A DNA stretch of 64,000 bases from Pirellulales bacterium (GCA_040901675.1 JBBDYJ010000038.1:128001-192000); one strand, 5' to 3'. Counted from the stretch's first letter, positions 47,858 through 59,640 are shown. Translations and numbers: made by a program. Notes: generated by a model from the sequence alone, not told the origin.

Positions 47858-48937
47858 TCAGCGGAGGGCCCGCTCGATGTCGGCCCGGGTCACCGGCTCG
47901 ATCACGCCCCGTTCGCAGATGATCGCCTTGATCAGCCGGGCGGGCGTGACGTCGAAGGCCGGATTGTAGACGTCGACGCCGTCGGGCGCCGTCTGGCGTC
48001 CGAATCCATGCGTGATCTCGTCCGGTGAGCGTTGCTCGATGGGAATCGCATCGCCGCAGGCAAGCGACAGGTCGAACGTGCTCTTCGGCGCGGCCACGTA
48101 AAAGGGGATGCCATGCGCCGCGGCCAGCAGGGCCACGCCGTAGGTGCCGATCTTGTTGGCCGTGTCGCCGTTGGCGGCAATGCGATCGGCCCCGGTCACC
48201 ACCGCCTGCACCCGCCCTTCGCGCATGACCTGGGCCGCCGTCGAGTCGCAGATCAGCGTCACGTCGATGCCCCGCTGCTTGAGCTCCCAGGCGGTCAGCC
48301 GGCTTCCCTGCAACAGCGGCCGCGTTTCGCCGGCATAGACGTGCAGCCGTTTGCCTTGCTCATGCGCGGCGAAGAACACGGCCAGCGCCGTGCCATAGTC
48401 GGCCGTTGCCAGGCCGCCGGCATTACAGTGGGTGAGCACTCCCTGGCCGTCGGCCAGCAGTGCCGCGCCGTGCCGGCCGATGGCCCTGCACGTGGCGCGG
48501 TCCAGCTCGTGGATCGCCCGAGCTTCGTCCAGCAGCCGTTCGGCCAGTTGGCGGCCATGCCGGTCCGGATGCCGAAGCACGACGCTTTTCATGCGATCCA
48601 GCGCCCAGAACAGGTTGACCGCCGTGGGTCTGCTGCCGGCCAGGTACCGGCAAACCTCATCGAGCCGATCGGCCGCCGCCGCGGATGCCGGCTTGGATGA
48701 CTCTGCCAGCAGCACGCTCTGCATGCCAAGGCACACTCCGTAGGCCGCCGCGATGCCGATGGCCGGTGCTCCGCGGATGCGCAACTCGCGAATGGCTTCA
48801 TGCACGGCCTCCGCGTCCGGGCACTCGACCTCAACGAACTCGGTGGGCAAGCGAGTCTGGTCGATCAGCCACAAGTGGCCGTCGACGCCGCCTACCCATC
48901 GCAGTGTTTCCAGGGCGGCCGTGGTGGAGGCACTCAT
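47858..48937 (-). CDS. mtnA: S-methyl-5-thioribose-1-phosphate isomerase
   Basis: RGAPAIG, SRPTAVNL, THCNAG, GADRIAANGDTANKIG and NPAFDVTP. Confidence 0.95.
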   Translation of the reverse strand: MSASTTAALETLRWVGGVDGHLWLIDQTRLPTEFVEVECPDAEAVHEAIRELRIRGAPAIGIAAAYGVCLGMQSVLLAESSKPASAAAADRLDEVCRYLAGSRPTAVNLFWALDRMKSVVLRHPDRHGRQLAERLLDEARAIHELDRATCRAIGRHGAALLADGQGVLTHCNAGGLATADYGTALAVFFAAHEQGKRLHVYAGETRPLLQGSRLTAWELKQRGIDVTLICDSTAAQVMREGRVQAVVTGADRIAANGDTANKIGTYGVALLAAAHGIPFYVAAPKSTFDLSLACGDAIPIEQRSPDEITHGFGRQTAPDGVDVYNPAFDVTPARLIKAIICERGVIEPVTRADIERALR

Positions 48938-49238
48938 GCGCAGTTCCACTCCGAGAGGTTTCATCGCGAACGTCTTGCTGGAGCGTGCAGTTGTGGCACG
49001 CGGCATCCTACATGATATTCCCGGCCGCTGGAATCCGACTCTCCGCAAGTGCAGCGCTTTGCCGCACTGGTCCGGCTCCGTTTTGATTGCCGCTTTCGTG
49101 AAGGCCGCTCGGCGGCTCGCCCGCCTCGAACAGCTCCGCATCCCCCGCGACCGGATTATTGTGCCGGGCTCGATGCGCCCCGCTACTGATATCTGGACGG
49201 GCCGGCTATACTGTGTTTGGGTAACTTGAATGCGAGGC

Positions 49239-49874
49239 ATGGCCGTGGCTCTTCAAGAATTCTGGTCCAACGTCAAGGCTGCCGGTAGCGCATTATTCCA
49301 TGAGTTTGAAACAGAAACCGTGGGTCTGGGCCCTCACCGGCCTGCGGCGCATGCGACGCTTTGGCTTACGCCGGCGGCCGTGGCAGGATTCGACGCGGCC
49401 GATTTTTCCTTTATGCCTCCCGCCCAGCGTGAAGAATTGAGGAAGGCCGTGGAAGGCTTTCGAAGGGCGGCGGAGAACGCGGAAAAAGAGCCTTCCTCGA
49501 TGGAGCATGTCGACGAAGCACTGCGCAACCTCAAGGGCGTATGGGATCTCTTGCAGCTTGACGCGCACGACGACGTGGAAGCGCTTCGCATCGCCGAGAT
49601 CCTGAAGAACGTGCATTTCGAGGAGCCATTATCCAGCTCGATTGCCGAACTGAGGCATTCACTCGACGTCGACTCCTCGGGCGAGCCGGCGGTTTGGATC
49701 TGGGTGATTGTTGACGACGAGGCTGCCAAGCGCGACCGGTTCTTCGAGCACACGGCAACCGTGAGGCAATCGATCCAGTCGGCGTTGCGCCGCCACGGCG
49801 TCCGGCGGTGGCCCTACATCCATTTTCGAACAGTGTCCGAGCAAAAGGACCTGGATGAGCGGAAGCCAGAATGA
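49239..49874 (+). CDS. Hypothetical protein, putative antitoxin/NTase-like partner of the HEPN gene
   Basis: DVDSSGEPAVWIWVIVDD...WPYIHFRT; ATGA overlap with the next gene. Confidence 0.65.
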   Translation: MAVALQEFWSNVKAAGSALFHEFETETVGLGPHRPAAHATLWLTPAAVAGFDAADFSFMPPAQREELRKAVEGFRRAAENAEKEPSSMEHVDEALRNLKGVWDLLQLDAHDDVEALRIAEILKNVHFEEPLSSSIAELRHSLDVDSSGEPAVWIWVIVDDEAAKRDRFFEHTATVRQSIQSALRRHGVRRWPYIHFRTVSEQKDLDERKPE

Positions 49875-50365
49875 GCTTGCATGGCGATCTCTTGGAGCAG
49901 GCGAAACATCTGGCCAAGCGCGAGTCTCGGCGCCCCCGGCAAGCAAGTCTCCGGCGGTCGGTTTCAAGCGCCTACTATGCGCTGTTCCATCTGCTTGTCG
50001 ATGAAGCGGCGAAAATGCTGGTTGGAGGCAAGCCGTTACAGTGCCTGGTGAGCAGAGCTTTTCTGCACGACGAAATGAAACAGGCCTCAACCTCTTTTGC
50101 CGCGGGCGGCCTGCCGCCGCACGTCCTCGGCCTGTTCACCGGCGCTGTTCCACGGGACCTGCAACTTGTAGCAAGCGTCTTCGTCGATCTACAAGAAGCT
50201 CGTCACGAGGCGGATTACAAAGTCGACCGGATCTTTACGCGAAGCGAAGTTCAAGCTCTCGTGAGCCTCGGCGACCAGGCCTTCCAAGCCTGGAAGAGAG
50301 TGCGCGTGCAGGAAATTGCCACGATCTATCTGGCGTCGCTATTGCTTTGGAAGCGATGGCGCTGA
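49871..50365 (+). CDS. HEPN-like domain protein
   Basis: RRSVSSAYYALFH and LQEARHEADY. Confidence 0.75.
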   Translation: MSLHGDLLEQAKHLAKRESRRPRQASLRRSVSSAYYALFHLLVDEAAKMLVGGKPLQCLVSRAFLHDEMKQASTSFAAGGLPPHVLGLFTGAVPRDLQLVASVFVDLQEARHEADYKVDRIFTRSEVQALVSLGDQAFQAWKRVRVQEIATIYLASLLLWKRWR

Positions 50366-50417
50366 CCCATCGTATCCTCTTCTTCACAGGCCGCGCGCAC
50401 TGACAGCCACCTGCCAG

Positions 50418-53033
50418 CTACGGCCGCCAGTGCTGATCGACCAGCGCGGCGAGCGATTCCACGCGGCCGGCGTGGTCGGCGGCGAGATCGGTCTCTTCGA
50501 ACGGATCGTCGCGCAGGTTGTAAAGCTCGGCCGGCCCGGCGGCCGGTAGGATCAGCTTCCAATCGCCCTGGCGCACCCAGCGGTGCGTGAGGCTCAAGGC
50601 CGGCCGCTCGATGTCGACGCTGGTGTGCTCGTAGATCTCGCCGAAGACCGCGTCGCGATCGAGCCGCCCCTGGCCGGCCGCCACACCCAGCAGGTCGAGC
50701 CCCGGCATGCCCGCAGGCTCGGCCGCTACGTTGCACGCGGCCAGAATGGTCGGCGCCAGGTCGATCGTGCTCACCAGGTCGTCATACCTGCCCGCCTTGG
50801 TATGGCCGGGCCAGCGGAGCATGACCGGAGTCCGCAGGCCGCCGTCGTAGGGCGAGAGCTTGCTCTTGGGGGCGAACCAGCCCCGCGTGGTCCGCTGCTG
50901 GCCCGTCTCCTGGATCCAACCGTTGTCGACCACGAAGACCACCAGCGTGTTGTCGGACAGTCCTTGCCGGTCGAGGTAGTCGAGCAACTGCCCGCACGTC
51001 TCGTCGAACCATTCGCACATGGCGTAATACTTGGCCAGCTTTTCGGGCCGGTCCGGCGCGGCGTACTTGCTCAGCAGCCGCTGAGGCGGATTGTGCGGCT
51101 CGTGCGGCATCATCGGCGCGTACCAGATGAAAAAGGGGCTGCCCTGCCGCTCGACGAAGTCGTAGACCGGCTGCATCGTTTGGCGGCCGATGACCAGCCC
51201 ATCGTCGCCGTGCCTTCCCTTGGTGGTCATGCCGTGCGTGAAACCCGCATTGGAGTAGTGCCCTTCCCAGAACTTGCCCGTTTGCAGACTGGAATAGCGG
51301 GCCCCCCTCAGCAACCGCGGCACGGCCGGTGCATTCTCGATGAACGGGTGCATGGCCGCGCGGTCAACCCCGTCGGGCGGATCGTTGCAGCAGATCTTGT
51401 GCTGGTGCGCGTAGAGGCCCGTGAGCAGCGTGGCCAGGCTGGCCCGGCAGAGCGAGGTCGGCACGTAGCCGTTGGCAAACACGGCGCTCTCGGCCGCCAG
51501 CCGGTCGAGATGCGGAGTCTTGATCACGTCGTGCCCCATGAACCCAAAATCGGTCCATCCCTGGTCGTCCGACACGATCAACAGCACGTTGGGCCGCGGA
51601 GCCGATTTCGAGATCTTCCACAACGGCGAAGGCGCGTGGGCCTCGCGCATGGCGGCCCGCGTCCGGCGGACCACCTCCGGATGCTCCTGGGCCACGTCGT
51701 GGCTTTCGCCCGCGTCGTTATGCAGGTCGTACAGCTCGATCGGGCCGCCCATCGGCTTGGCGACGGCCTTCCAATGCCCCATTCGCACGGCCTGCGACGA
51801 ACCTTGCTCGTAGAACTCCCAATACAGGTAGTCGTGCCGCGGCTGCCGCTCGGCCTGGCCCAGCAGGGCCGGCAGGAAGCTGACGCCGTCGAGCTGCGGG
51901 GGAACTTCGACGCCGGCCACCTGGGCGGCGGTGGGCAGAAAATCGGCGAAATGGCCGACGTGGTCCGACTCGTTGCCCGCTGGCACGCGGCCTGGCCAGC
52001 GGGCGATCAGCGGCACGCGGATGCCGCCTTCGTACAGATCGCGCTTGAAGCCGCGCAAGGGGCCGCTGGAGTTGAAGAAGTCGGGCCGGTTGCCCCCTTC
52101 GCGGTGCGGGCCGTTGTCGGACGAAAAGAGCACCAGCGTCCGCTCGTCGAGTCCGTGCTCCTTGAGCCGCGCCAGCAGCGAACCGATGTCCCGGTCGAGC
52201 CGGGTGATCATGGCGGCCAGCCCCTTTTGCGGCTGGGGCCAATCGCGGTCTTCGTACGGGCCATGGTCGGGCACTTCCATGCCCGCATCCCCGGCCTCGT
52301 TGTTGGCGTGGGGCAGCGTGTAGGCGAGGTAGAGGAAGAACGGCTGGTCCTTGTTGCGGTCCACGAAGTCGAGCGCCTCGCGCGTCGTCAAGTCGGGGCT
52401 GTACTCGACCTTCTTAGCGGCCACGCCCTGCCCGGCGGGCCCTTCGTCCGGCACGACGTTGGCCAGCGGCAGGCGTGTTTCGTTCCGCAGCAGGAAGCTG
52501 GGGTAATAATTGTGGGCGTGCACCTGGTCGAGGTAACCGAAGAAATAATCGAAGCCCTGGCGGTTCGGCACGCCCGTGCCGCCTTCTTGCCCCAGGCCCC
52601 ATTTACCCACCAGGCCGGTCGCGTATCCCGCCTGTTTGAGCACCTCGGCCACGGTCACATCTTCGGGCCGCAAATCGTGCCTGGCATTGCCGCGGATGTA
52701 CGCGTGGCCGGTGTGTAAGCCGGTCATGAGCACGGCCCGCGACGGTGCGCACACGGTTGAGCCGGCATAGAAATGGGTGAACCGCATTCCCTCGGCGGCC
52801 ATGCGGTCGAGGTGGGGCGTTTGGATCTGCCGCTGACCGTAGCAGCCCAAGTCGCCATAGCCCAAATCGTCGGCCAGGATGAAGATGATGTTGGGTCGAT
52901 CCGGCTGGGGCTGGTTCTGCTGCGCTTGAGCTTGGGCTGAGCGCGATCCAGGAGCCAGTCCAACGACCATCGCCACCAGCAGGAGGGCCGGTTGTAGATT
53001 GCCGCGCGGCCGGCCGGATGGTCTCATGGACAT
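50418..53033 (-). CDS. Secreted tandem double sulfatase
   Basis: Domain 1: [12 protein letters not shown]...CAPSR...GKWGLG. Domain 2: [12 protein letters not shown]...LCRASL...GKFW. Confidence 0.92.
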   Translation of the reverse strand: MSMRPSGRPRGNLQPALLLVAMVVGLAPGSRSAQAQAQQNQPQPDRPNIIFILADDLGYGDLGCYGQRQIQTPHLDRMAAEGMRFTHFYAGSTVCAPSRAVLMTGLHTGHAYIRGNARHDLRPEDVTVAEVLKQAGYATGLVGKWGLGQEGGTGVPNRQGFDYFFGYLDQVHAHNYYPSFLLRNETRLPLANVVPDEGPAGQGVAAKKVEYSPDLTTREALDFVDRNKDQPFFLYLAYTLPHANNEAGDAGMEVPDHGPYEDRDWPQPQKGLAAMITRLDRDIGSLLARLKEHGLDERTLVLFSSDNGPHREGGNRPDFFNSSGPLRGFKRDLYEGGIRVPLIARWPGRVPAGNESDHVGHFADFLPTAAQVAGVEVPPQLDGVSFLPALLGQAERQPRHDYLYWEFYEQGSSQAVRMGHWKAVAKPMGGPIELYDLHNDAGESHDVAQEHPEVVRRTRAAMREAHAPSPLWKISKSAPRPNVLLIVSDDQGWTDFGFMGHDVIKTPHLDRLAAESAVFANGYVPTSLCRASLATLLTGLYAHQHKICCNDPPDGVDRAAMHPFIENAPAVPRLLRGARYSSLQTGKFWEGHYSNAGFTHGMTTKGRHGDDGLVIGRQTMQPVYDFVERQGSPFFIWYAPMMPHEPHNPPQRLLSKYAAPDRPEKLAKYYAMCEWFDETCGQLLDYLDRQGLSDNTLVVFVVDNGWIQETGQQRTTRGWFAPKSKLSPYDGGLRTPVMLRWPGHTKAGRYDDLVSTIDLAPTILAACNVAAEPAGMPGLDLLGVAAGQGRLDRDAVFGEIYEHTSVDIERPALSLTHRWVRQGDWKLILPAAGPAELYNLRDDPFEETDLAADHAGRVESLAALVDQHWRP

Positions 53034-53086
53034 CGCACCCTCCTGGGAAACCGTTGGTGCAGCGCGGTAGACTTGATCGCCAGTCA

Positions 53087-54148
53087 CTAAAACTGGTCGA
53101 CGTCCAGTTCGCCCAGCCGGGCTTTGGTGGTCAGGCTGCGGTTGCCGCGGAGCACCTGCAAGTGGACTTCGTCGCCGGGCCGCTTCTTGGAAATCATCGC
53201 CAGCAAACCGTCGAAGTCCGGGACCGGCAGGTCGTCGACGCGGGTGATCACGTCCTGCGTTTCCAACTCGGCGATCGCCGCGGCGGAGCCGGGCTGAACG
53301 AATTCGATCTTGCAGCCCTTTTCATGCGCCACTCCCGCCACGCCCAGAAAGGCGCCCCGGCGGCGATCGATCCTGGTTTGCGGCAAGGCCTGCGCCAAGA
53401 TCGCCTCGCCCGCGTCGCTCGTGTCCGTGCAGTAGAGCTTCAACGTATTCAGGCCTCTCAACTCCTTGAGGTGCACGATGCCGGCGTCGCTGAACGCGTT
53501 GCCATACAAGAGCAGCCGCTGAGTGCCGGTTAACGGCTTGAGATGCGCCAAATCCTCGTCGCCGCCCCTCCAGGTCTTCCCCAAAATCACCTCGGCGATC
53601 ACCACCTCGTCGCCGTCTTGATCCACCTCGTACACGGTGCCGCCTAACTGCTCAATGGCCGCAATCGCCAGCCGCTGGACCTCGAGCTTCCGGCCGCTCA
53701 AGGCGGCGGCAGCGCGGCCGGCCGTCCACCGATCCCTCGAACCTGCCAGGTCGCTTAGCGCCGTCTGCGCCGCCTGGGCGATCGCCGGCTCCGTCGAGCG
53801 GCAAAGGTCCTTCAACACGCCGATGGCCTGCCGCGTTACTTCAGGCTGCCCACCATCGGCCGCCTGGGCCAGTGGAGCGACAGCATCCAGGCCCGCCTTG
53901 CGAAGCCTGCGCGCGGCGGCCCGCCGGACCGCGAACCGGTTGGCGTCCAAGTCCGAAATCCATTGCTCGACCCGTTGCTCGTCTGCCGTTCGAGGCGAGT
54001 CGCCGCCAGGCCGGGCGTTGCCGGCCGGAGCCGGCGCCGGCGCCGCTGGACCGGCCGGCGAATTAGCAGCCCCGTAGGCCAGGCCCGCTTCGACGACCAT
54101 CGCCAGTAGAATCAGTTCCGCTCGCATCAAGGCCTGCCTGCTCTCCAT
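53087..54148 (-). CDS. Secreted HEAT/LRR/PDZ domain protein
   Basis: Signal peptide, helical repeats, two LRR-like units, and C-terminal AFLGV...PGSAA...DVIT.VD...PGDEV.L.VLRG. Confidence 0.8.
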   Translation of the reverse strand: MESRQALMRAELILLAMVVEAGLAYGAANSPAGPAAPAPAPAGNARPGGDSPRTADEQRVEQWISDLDANRFAVRRAAARRLRKAGLDAVAPLAQAADGGQPEVTRQAIGVLKDLCRSTEPAIAQAAQTALSDLAGSRDRWTAGRAAAALSGRKLEVQRLAIAAIEQLGGTVYEVDQDGDEVVIAEVILGKTWRGGDEDLAHLKPLTGTQRLLLYGNAFSDAGIVHLKELRGLNTLKLYCTDTSDAGEAILAQALPQTRIDRRRGAFLGVAGVAHEKGCKIEFVQPGSAAAIAELETQDVITRVDDLPVPDFDGLLAMISKKRPGDEVHLQVLRGNRSLTTKARLGELDVDQF

Positions 54149-54202
54149 CCGGCTGTCCTGGCTGAAAAGGGCGATCTTACTGGGCTTTTCCCGGCACGAG
54201 AT

Positions 54203-54284
54203 GACAGGCTGGAAGCCTATCCCACGGCACGAGACAGGCTGGAAGCCTATCCTACTGGGACGACAGGCTGGAAGCCTATCCTAC
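54203..54284. repeat. Three tandem REP-like units GACAGGCTGGAAGCCTATCC(C/T)AC
   Basis: The reverse complement reads GTAGGATAGGCTTCCAGCCTGTC (GTAG plus hairpin). Confidence 0.85.
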
Positions 54285-54353
54285 GCCCACACCAATAGTC
54301 TACTTCCATGGGCGCCGGCGAGAAAGCAGCAACAAGCACAAAACGTCGGCCGA

Positions 54354-54815
54354 CTACCAGCGGCCGGCACGGGCCTCGGCCTCGATCGCCTCGATTTTGG
54401 CCAGCCGCCGCTGGTGCCGCTCCGCCCCGGAAAACGTGGCGGCCAGAAAAGCCCTCACGATCTCGGCCGCCAGCTCCGGTCCAATCACTCGAGCCCCCAC
54501 GCACAGCACGTTCAACGAGTCGTCCTCGACCCCTTGCCGGGCGCTGAACGTATCATGGCACAGGGCCGCCCGAATCCCTGGAATCTTGCTGGCTGCCACC
54601 GAAGCTCCGACACCACTGCCGCAGACGAGCAACCCCCGCTGGGCCCGGCCCTCCAGAATCGCCTCGGCGACCAGCCGCGCGAAATCGGGATAGTCCGAGG
54701 GCCTATCGTCGTATGCGCCGCAATCGAGCAGGCTGTGCCCGGCCCGTTCGATCTCGCGGGCCAGCCGCGCCTTGAGCGGAAAACCGGCGTGATCGCACCC
54801 CAGGGCAATGATCAA
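54354..54815 (-). CDS. rpiB: Ribose 5-phosphate isomerase B
   Basis: GCDHAG, DYPD, CGSGVG, NVLC.GAR and RHQRR; probable TTG start. Confidence 0.93.
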   Translation of the reverse strand: MIIALGCDHAGFPLKARLAREIERAGHSLLDCGAYDDRPSDYPDFARLVAEAILEGRAQRGLLVCGSGVGASVAASKIPGIRAALCHDTFSARQGVEDDSLNVLCVGARVIGPELAAEIVRAFLAATFSGAERHQRRLAKIEAIEAEARAGRW

Positions 54816-54835
54816 TCGTTCTTGGACAATCGGGT

Positions 54836-55279
54836 TCAAGCAGCGGCCCTGCGGACTTCTTCGCGGATGCGGTACAGGATGGCGGACAGGCCCCGCATGC
54901 GGACCATGCCCAGCGTCTCGGCCAGACCCAGGCGGCTGAGCAGGTCGGGCTGGGCGCAGAGCACTTCGGCCGGGGCGGCGCCGGTGAAGGCATCGACCAG
55001 GATGGCGACAAAACCCTTGACGGTGGGCGCCTCGGGCGCAACGTCGCCATCGACGCGGACCTTGCCCTCCTCGACGCTCACCCACAGGTAAACGGGCGTC
55101 TGGCACTCGTGGATGCGGTGCAGGCCGGCATCGCGCTGGGCCTTCAGCTCCGGCGACAGCTCCGGAAGCGACTCGGCAAAGTCGAGCAGCAGCTCCAGCC
55201 GCTCGCGCGGCTCCAGGTCGGCGAACTCCTCGACGATCTCGTCCAGCCGCGCCGGAGGTTGGGCCGCCAGGTCGATCAC
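54836..55279 (-). CDS. sufE: SufE-family sulfur acceptor
   Basis: ECQTPV, EAPTVKG and GM.RMRG. Confidence 0.88.
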   Translation of the reverse strand: MIDLAAQPPARLDEIVEEFADLEPRERLELLLDFAESLPELSPELKAQRDAGLHRIHECQTPVYLWVSVEEGKVRVDGDVAPEAPTVKGFVAILVDAFTGAAPAEVLCAQPDLLSRLGLAETLGMVRMRGLSAILYRIREEVRRAAA

Positions 55280-56193
55280 GATTGGTGCACCTCCTCGCGC
55301 TCGGCTCGGCGCTCCTGGGGCCGCTGGGCCGCTTGCCGGCCGCCGGGGCCTTTTTCAATGGGCGCGGCGACCAGGTTGCCCCACTCCGTCCACGAACCGT
55401 CGTAGTTCTTGACGTGTTTGAAGCCCAGCAGGTACGTCAGCACGAACCAGGTCAGGCTCGACCGCTCGCCGATCCGGCAGTAGGCGATCACCCGGTTGCG
55501 GCGGCCCAGGCCGGCGTCTTTCAAAAAAATCTTCTCCAGCTCCTTGCGCGACTTGAAGGTGCCGTCGTCATGGACGGCCCACGACCAGGGGACGTTGGCG
55601 GCTCCGGGGATGTGCCCGGCCCGCAGCGCGCCCTCCTGCGGATAATCGGGCATGTGCAGCAGCTCGCCGGTGTACTCGCCCGGACTGCGGACGTCGATCA
55701 GCGGCCGGGCGGCCTTCAAGTGCTTGAACACTTCGTCGCGAAACGCGCGGACCGCCGGGTCGGGCTCGCCGGCCTGGTATTGACCAGGCGGATACTTCGG
55801 CTCCGGCTCGCGCGACAGCTCGCGGCCGTCCATTTCCCAGCGCTTGCGGCCGCCGTTCATGATCCGGCAGTCCGCATGGCGGAACAGCTTGAACGTCCAG
55901 AAGGCATAGCAGGCCCACCAGTTGTTCTTATCGCCGTAGAAGACCACCGTGGTATCGTTCGAAATACCCTTCGACGCGCATAACTGCGCGAACCGCTCGC
56001 GGTCGATGTAGTCGCGGCGGACGGCGTCCTGCAGGTCGGTCGTCCAATCGACGTGCACGGCGCCGGGTATGTGCCCCTGCATGTAGAGCAGGATGTCCTC
56101 GTTCGATTCCACCACGCGGACGCCGGGGTCGCGGCGGTGCTCGTCGACCCATTGAGTGCTGACCAGCACTTCAGGATGAACGTAATCGGCCAT
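55276..56193 (-). CDS. sseA: Two-domain thiosulfate sulfurtransferase (SseA/CysA type)
   Basis: GHIPGA twice, YCRIGERS and YDGSWTEW. Confidence 0.92.
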   Translation of the reverse strand: MADYVHPEVLVSTQWVDEHRRDPGVRVVESNEDILLYMQGHIPGAVHVDWTTDLQDAVRRDYIDRERFAQLCASKGISNDTTVVFYGDKNNWWACYAFWTFKLFRHADCRIMNGGRKRWEMDGRELSREPEPKYPPGQYQAGEPDPAVRAFRDEVFKHLKAARPLIDVRSPGEYTGELLHMPDYPQEGALRAGHIPGAANVPWSWAVHDDGTFKSRKELEKIFLKDAGLGRRNRVIAYCRIGERSSLTWFVLTYLLGFKHVKNYDGSWTEWGNLVAAPIEKGPGGRQAAQRPQERRAEREEVHQS

Positions 56194-56322
56194 TGGTTGG
56201 TACTCCTCGTTGTGTCCAGCGGCTCAACGGGGATTATACCAAATCAGGCTGCCGGGATTCGAGCTACCTGCAGGACGGCCTTCCCAGGCCGTTTCGATCC
56301 AGACGGGGCAAGGAAGCCCGCC

Positions 56323-57906
56323 CTACAACCCTAGCCAAGCCAGCGCCGAGTACAGAATCCAGACCACGATCATCACGACGGCCAACAAGGCGCCCACGCC
56401 CATCACAAACCAGGGAGAATCCCAGAGGCTTTTGGACTTCGTCTTGTGGCCGCCGGAGGCCCGCATCCGTCCCGACCCCGAGGGGCCGACCAGCGGGCTG
56501 GGACCGGACGACGTCGGGGGTGCCGGAGGCAGGTCCGAGAGCAGGTCATCCAAATGACTGGCGGCCGTCGACAGGGGCGTTTCGGCCGGCTTGGGCGGCC
56601 CGGAGGGCGCGGTCGAATCGCTCGCCAGCTTGGCAGGCGGCTGCCCCGCGGCGGGTGTGCTGCCAGGCCTGGCGAGGGGTTTGGCTTGCCCGGGGGCGTC
56701 CGAAGGGCTCTTGCGACGTGCCGGTGCAGCCGGCGCGGTAGTCGTGGTCATGGGAGTCGCCGTGGCGGGGGCCGCCGGCTGGGCCGTTCGTTTGACTTCC
56801 TCTTCGAGCGGAGCCAGCGTCAGTTCTTCTTCCTTCCTGGCCCGGCCCGTACGCTGCCGGCTCAGCCGGTCGCGGTACATTTGGATCCAGTGCTCCAGGG
56901 TCCGGCTGACCTCGGCGGCCGATTGGTAGCGGGCGTCGGGAGATTTCGCCGTCATGCGCCGGAAGATCGCCACCAGCTCGGCCGGCGCATCGGGCCGCTT
57001 CTGGTAAATGCTCGGCGGCTCCTGCGTCTGGTGCATGAAGACCCGCTGGGCCAGCGAGCCGGTCGGGAAGGGGGGCAACCCGGTCAGGGCGAAGTAGAGC
57101 GTGCAGCCCAGGCCGTAGATGTCGGCCCTGGCGTCGACCATGTGGCTGTTGACCGCTTGCTCCGGCGCGAGGTAGTCGACCGTGCCCAGCATCTTTTCGT
57201 CGTGCTCATTGGTCAACGAAGCCTCGACTTCGTCCGCGAAACGGGCCAGCCCCAGGTCGAGCACTTTGACCGTGCCCTTGGAGTCGATCAGCAGGTTGGC
57301 CGGCTTCATGTCGCGGTGGATCAGCCCCGCCTCGTGGGCATGAGCCAGCCCTTCGGCCGCCTGGCGGATAGTTTCGGCGGCCGTGGCAAAATCGAGCGGG
57401 CCGTCGCTTTCGACCATCTGCTTCAGGTCGCGCCCGTCGACGTACTCCATCACCAGGTAATGCACGTCCTCCTCGTTATCGACGTCGAAGGCCCGCACGA
57501 TATTGGGATGATCGAGCGCCGCCACGGCCCGGGCCTCGCGATGGAAGCGCGCCAAGTACGAGGTGTCGTGAACGCGGTGCTGAGGTAGGACTTTGACCGC
57601 TACCCGCCGTCGCATGAGCACGTGCTCCGCCAGGAACACGCTACTCATGCCCCCCGTGCCCAGGTGGTCCAGCAGCTTGTACTTGCCGACAAAGAATCCC
57701 TTGTGCCGGCCTTGCAGCAGCCGCTCGCTTTGCCACGGCGTCAGCAGACCGGCCTCGGTGAGCCGCGAAGAGACGACCCGGCTGTCGACGGCCTCGGGGC
57801 CGCTGTCGCGCTCGAGGTCCGAGATTACGCTCTCGAGCCTGCTGCGGTCGACCAGCCCGCTGCGCTCGACTACGTCGAGGAATGTACTGACAGTAAGTTG
57901 GGTCAT
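56323..57906 (-). CDS. Hanks-type Ser/Thr protein kinase with Pro/Ala linker and C-terminal TM
   Basis: LGTGGMS, VAVK, HRDMKPAN, DLG and APE. Confidence 0.93.
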   Translation of the reverse strand: MTQLTVSTFLDVVERSGLVDRSRLESVISDLERDSGPEAVDSRVVSSRLTEAGLLTPWQSERLLQGRHKGFFVGKYKLLDHLGTGGMSSVFLAEHVLMRRRVAVKVLPQHRVHDTSYLARFHREARAVAALDHPNIVRAFDVDNEEDVHYLVMEYVDGRDLKQMVESDGPLDFATAAETIRQAAEGLAHAHEAGLIHRDMKPANLLIDSKGTVKVLDLGLARFADEVEASLTNEHDEKMLGTVDYLAPEQAVNSHMVDARADIYGLGCTLYFALTGLPPFPTGSLAQRVFMHQTQEPPSIYQKRPDAPAELVAIFRRMTAKSPDARYQSAAEVSRTLEHWIQMYRDRLSRQRTGRARKEEELTLAPLEEEVKRTAQPAAPATATPMTTTTAPAAPARRKSPSDAPGQAKPLARPGSTPAAGQPPAKLASDSTAPSGPPKPAETPLSTAASHLDDLLSDLPPAPPTSSGPSPLVGPSGSGRMRASGGHKTKSKSLWDSPWFVMGVGALLAVVMIVVWILYSALAWLGL

Positions 57907-58178
57907 GCCGAACCGACGACCTGGTGGCCCCAAGACGTCCGCGGTGGCCTGCAAGAAACGCCGGCGAAACGCTCCAGCGGTCGGCTTGGATCGCCCGCTA
58001 TTGTAGCACCGAACCAACGTGCGCGAAGGAGCAAGTCTGCACTCGCGATCGGCCCTCGACAGCCCGTGTCGAGACTGTCTTGAACTGGGCCGGCCAGGCC
58101 GAGTTTACGGCCTTACGCCTCGCCTGGCGTCTACCAATCTGTTGTGCCAGCCGTTGGACCGCGCCAGGCGAGGACATT

Positions 58179-58376
58179 CTAACAGGCGAAGGACTCGGCT
58201 CGGTTTTCGAGACCGCCGAGGATTTCACGAGCCAACTGCATCGAGTCGGGCAGCAGGCTGGTTCGCCGGTAACGTTCAGTTTCGCTCCAGGTAGCACGGA
58301 CGGCTGCCGCCCGCCTGGCGACCTCGTCGGGAGAAGGCCAGTTGGACGGCGTCATCCGCCTTCGCATTGATTTCAT
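58179..58376 (-). CDS. Small hypothetical protein
   Basis: AAGGAG SD; PSPDEVARRAAAVRATWSETERYRR. Confidence 0.55.
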   Translation of the reverse strand: MKSMRRRMTPSNWPSPDEVARRAAAVRATWSETERYRRTSLLPDSMQLAREILGGLENRAESFAC

Positions 58377-58617
58377 GGCAGTCGCACTCCTTTTCAATTG
58401 CCCTGTCGAGTTTTTCGGTTTCATCGAATGGAACAACCGAGTGAGCAACTGGCGTGCCATTCGGGGGCAAACTGCATCTGGATTTGCTAGTTCTTAGTTC
58501 CTGGCTCCTGGTTCCGGCACAGCAACCAGCAACTAGCAACGACCAACTACCCGCCAACCAGCGTGCACCTGGCCAAGGGCGAATCAAACTGAGTGCGGGG
58601 CGTACGATAATTGAACA

Positions 58618-59640
58618 TCACATCGCTGCAGCTTTTGGATGGTGCATGCGCCCGCCCAGCCCGCGAGCCAGCCGCTGCATCCCTTCGCCGGTCGACACCC
58701 GTGGCTCGTAGCCGAAATCGTTGCGGGCTCGGCCGATGCCGAAATAGTGCGACTTGCCGAGCTGGGCCGCCAGGAAGCGAGTCATCGGCGGTTCTGACTT
58801 GATCCGCGCCGCGGCATAGGCCGCCTCCATTGCCGCGCCGACCGCCCAGGCCGCCGCCAGCGGTATCGAACGCTCCACCGGTGGCAGTCCCGCGAGCGCC
58901 AGCAGCTCGTCGATCCATTGCCAGCAGTTCACCGGCTCGCCTTGGCTGAGGAAGTAGGCTCGCCCACCCACGGGTGAGCCCGCCGTCAGCGCATCGGCCG
59001 CCTGCAGGTGTGCCGCGGCCGCATTCTCCACGTAGGTCGTGTCGACCAGGTTGGAGCCGTCGCCCACCCGCCGCAGTCGCCCGGCCCGCGCCCGCGCGAG
59101 CAACCGCGGCACGAGGTGCCCGTCGCGCGGTCCCCAAATCAGATGGGGCCGCAGCGCGCACGTCAGCAACTCCGTGTCGTCGTTTGCGGCCAGCACCTCC
59201 TGCTCGGCCAGTGCCTTGGTGTGCGGATAATGACACAGCCAGCGGCGCGCGTAGGGAGCACTTTCGTCGACGCCGCACTGATCGCCGCCGTCGAACGTGA
59301 CACTGGGACTGCTGGTATAGACCAGCCTGCCGACCGAGTGCCGGCGGCAGGCCTCGATCACGTTGCGCGTGCCGACCGTATTGATGCCGTAATAATGCCG
59401 CCAGGGTCCCCAGATGCCGGCCACTCCGGCCACGTGAAACACCACGTCGACTCCCTGGCACGCCCGCTGGGTCGCATCGGCGTTGCGCAGGTCGGCCAGC
59501 ACGGTGGACACGCCCAGCGCATCAAGCTCGGCGTGGCGGCGGCGGCATAGCGCCCGAACGCGGTCGCCTCGCGCCAAGAGCTGCTCGACCACGTAGCGGC
59601 CCAGGAAGCCGTTCGCGCCGGTCACCAGGTACTGCGTCAT
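58618..59640 (-). CDS. oleD: 3-beta-HSD-like NAD-dependent reductase (OleD-like)
   Basis: GANGFLG, TSSPSV, YPHTK and [15 protein letters not shown] overlap with the oleC-like gene. Confidence 0.8.
   Translation of the reverse strand: MTQYLVTGANGFLGRYVVEQLLARGDRVRALCRRRHAELDALGVSTVLADLRNADATQRACQGVDVVFHVAGVAGIWGPWRHYYGINTVGTRNVIEACRRHSVGRLVYTSSPSVTFDGGDQCGVDESAPYARRWLCHYPHTKALAEQEVLAANDDTELLTCALRPHLIWGPRDGHLVPRLLARARAGRLRRVGDGSNLVDTTYVENAAAAHLQAADALTAGSPVGGRAYFLSQGEPVNCWQWIDELLALAGLPPVERSIPLAAAWAVGAAMEAAYAAARIKSEPPMTRFLAAQLGKSHYFGIGRARNDFGYEPRVSTGEGMQRLARGLGGRMHHPKAAAM

Noticed and set aside
50583..52718. 711-aa antisense ORF
   Set aside because: Shadow of the sulfatase gene.
54203..54284. 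Possible mini-CRISPR
   Set aside because: Spacers are under 10 bp; the units are GTAG-type REP tandem copies.
54816..55358. Extended rpiB N-terminus (334-aa ORF)
   Set aside because: Overlaps sufE in another frame; RpiB motifs begin at about 54815.
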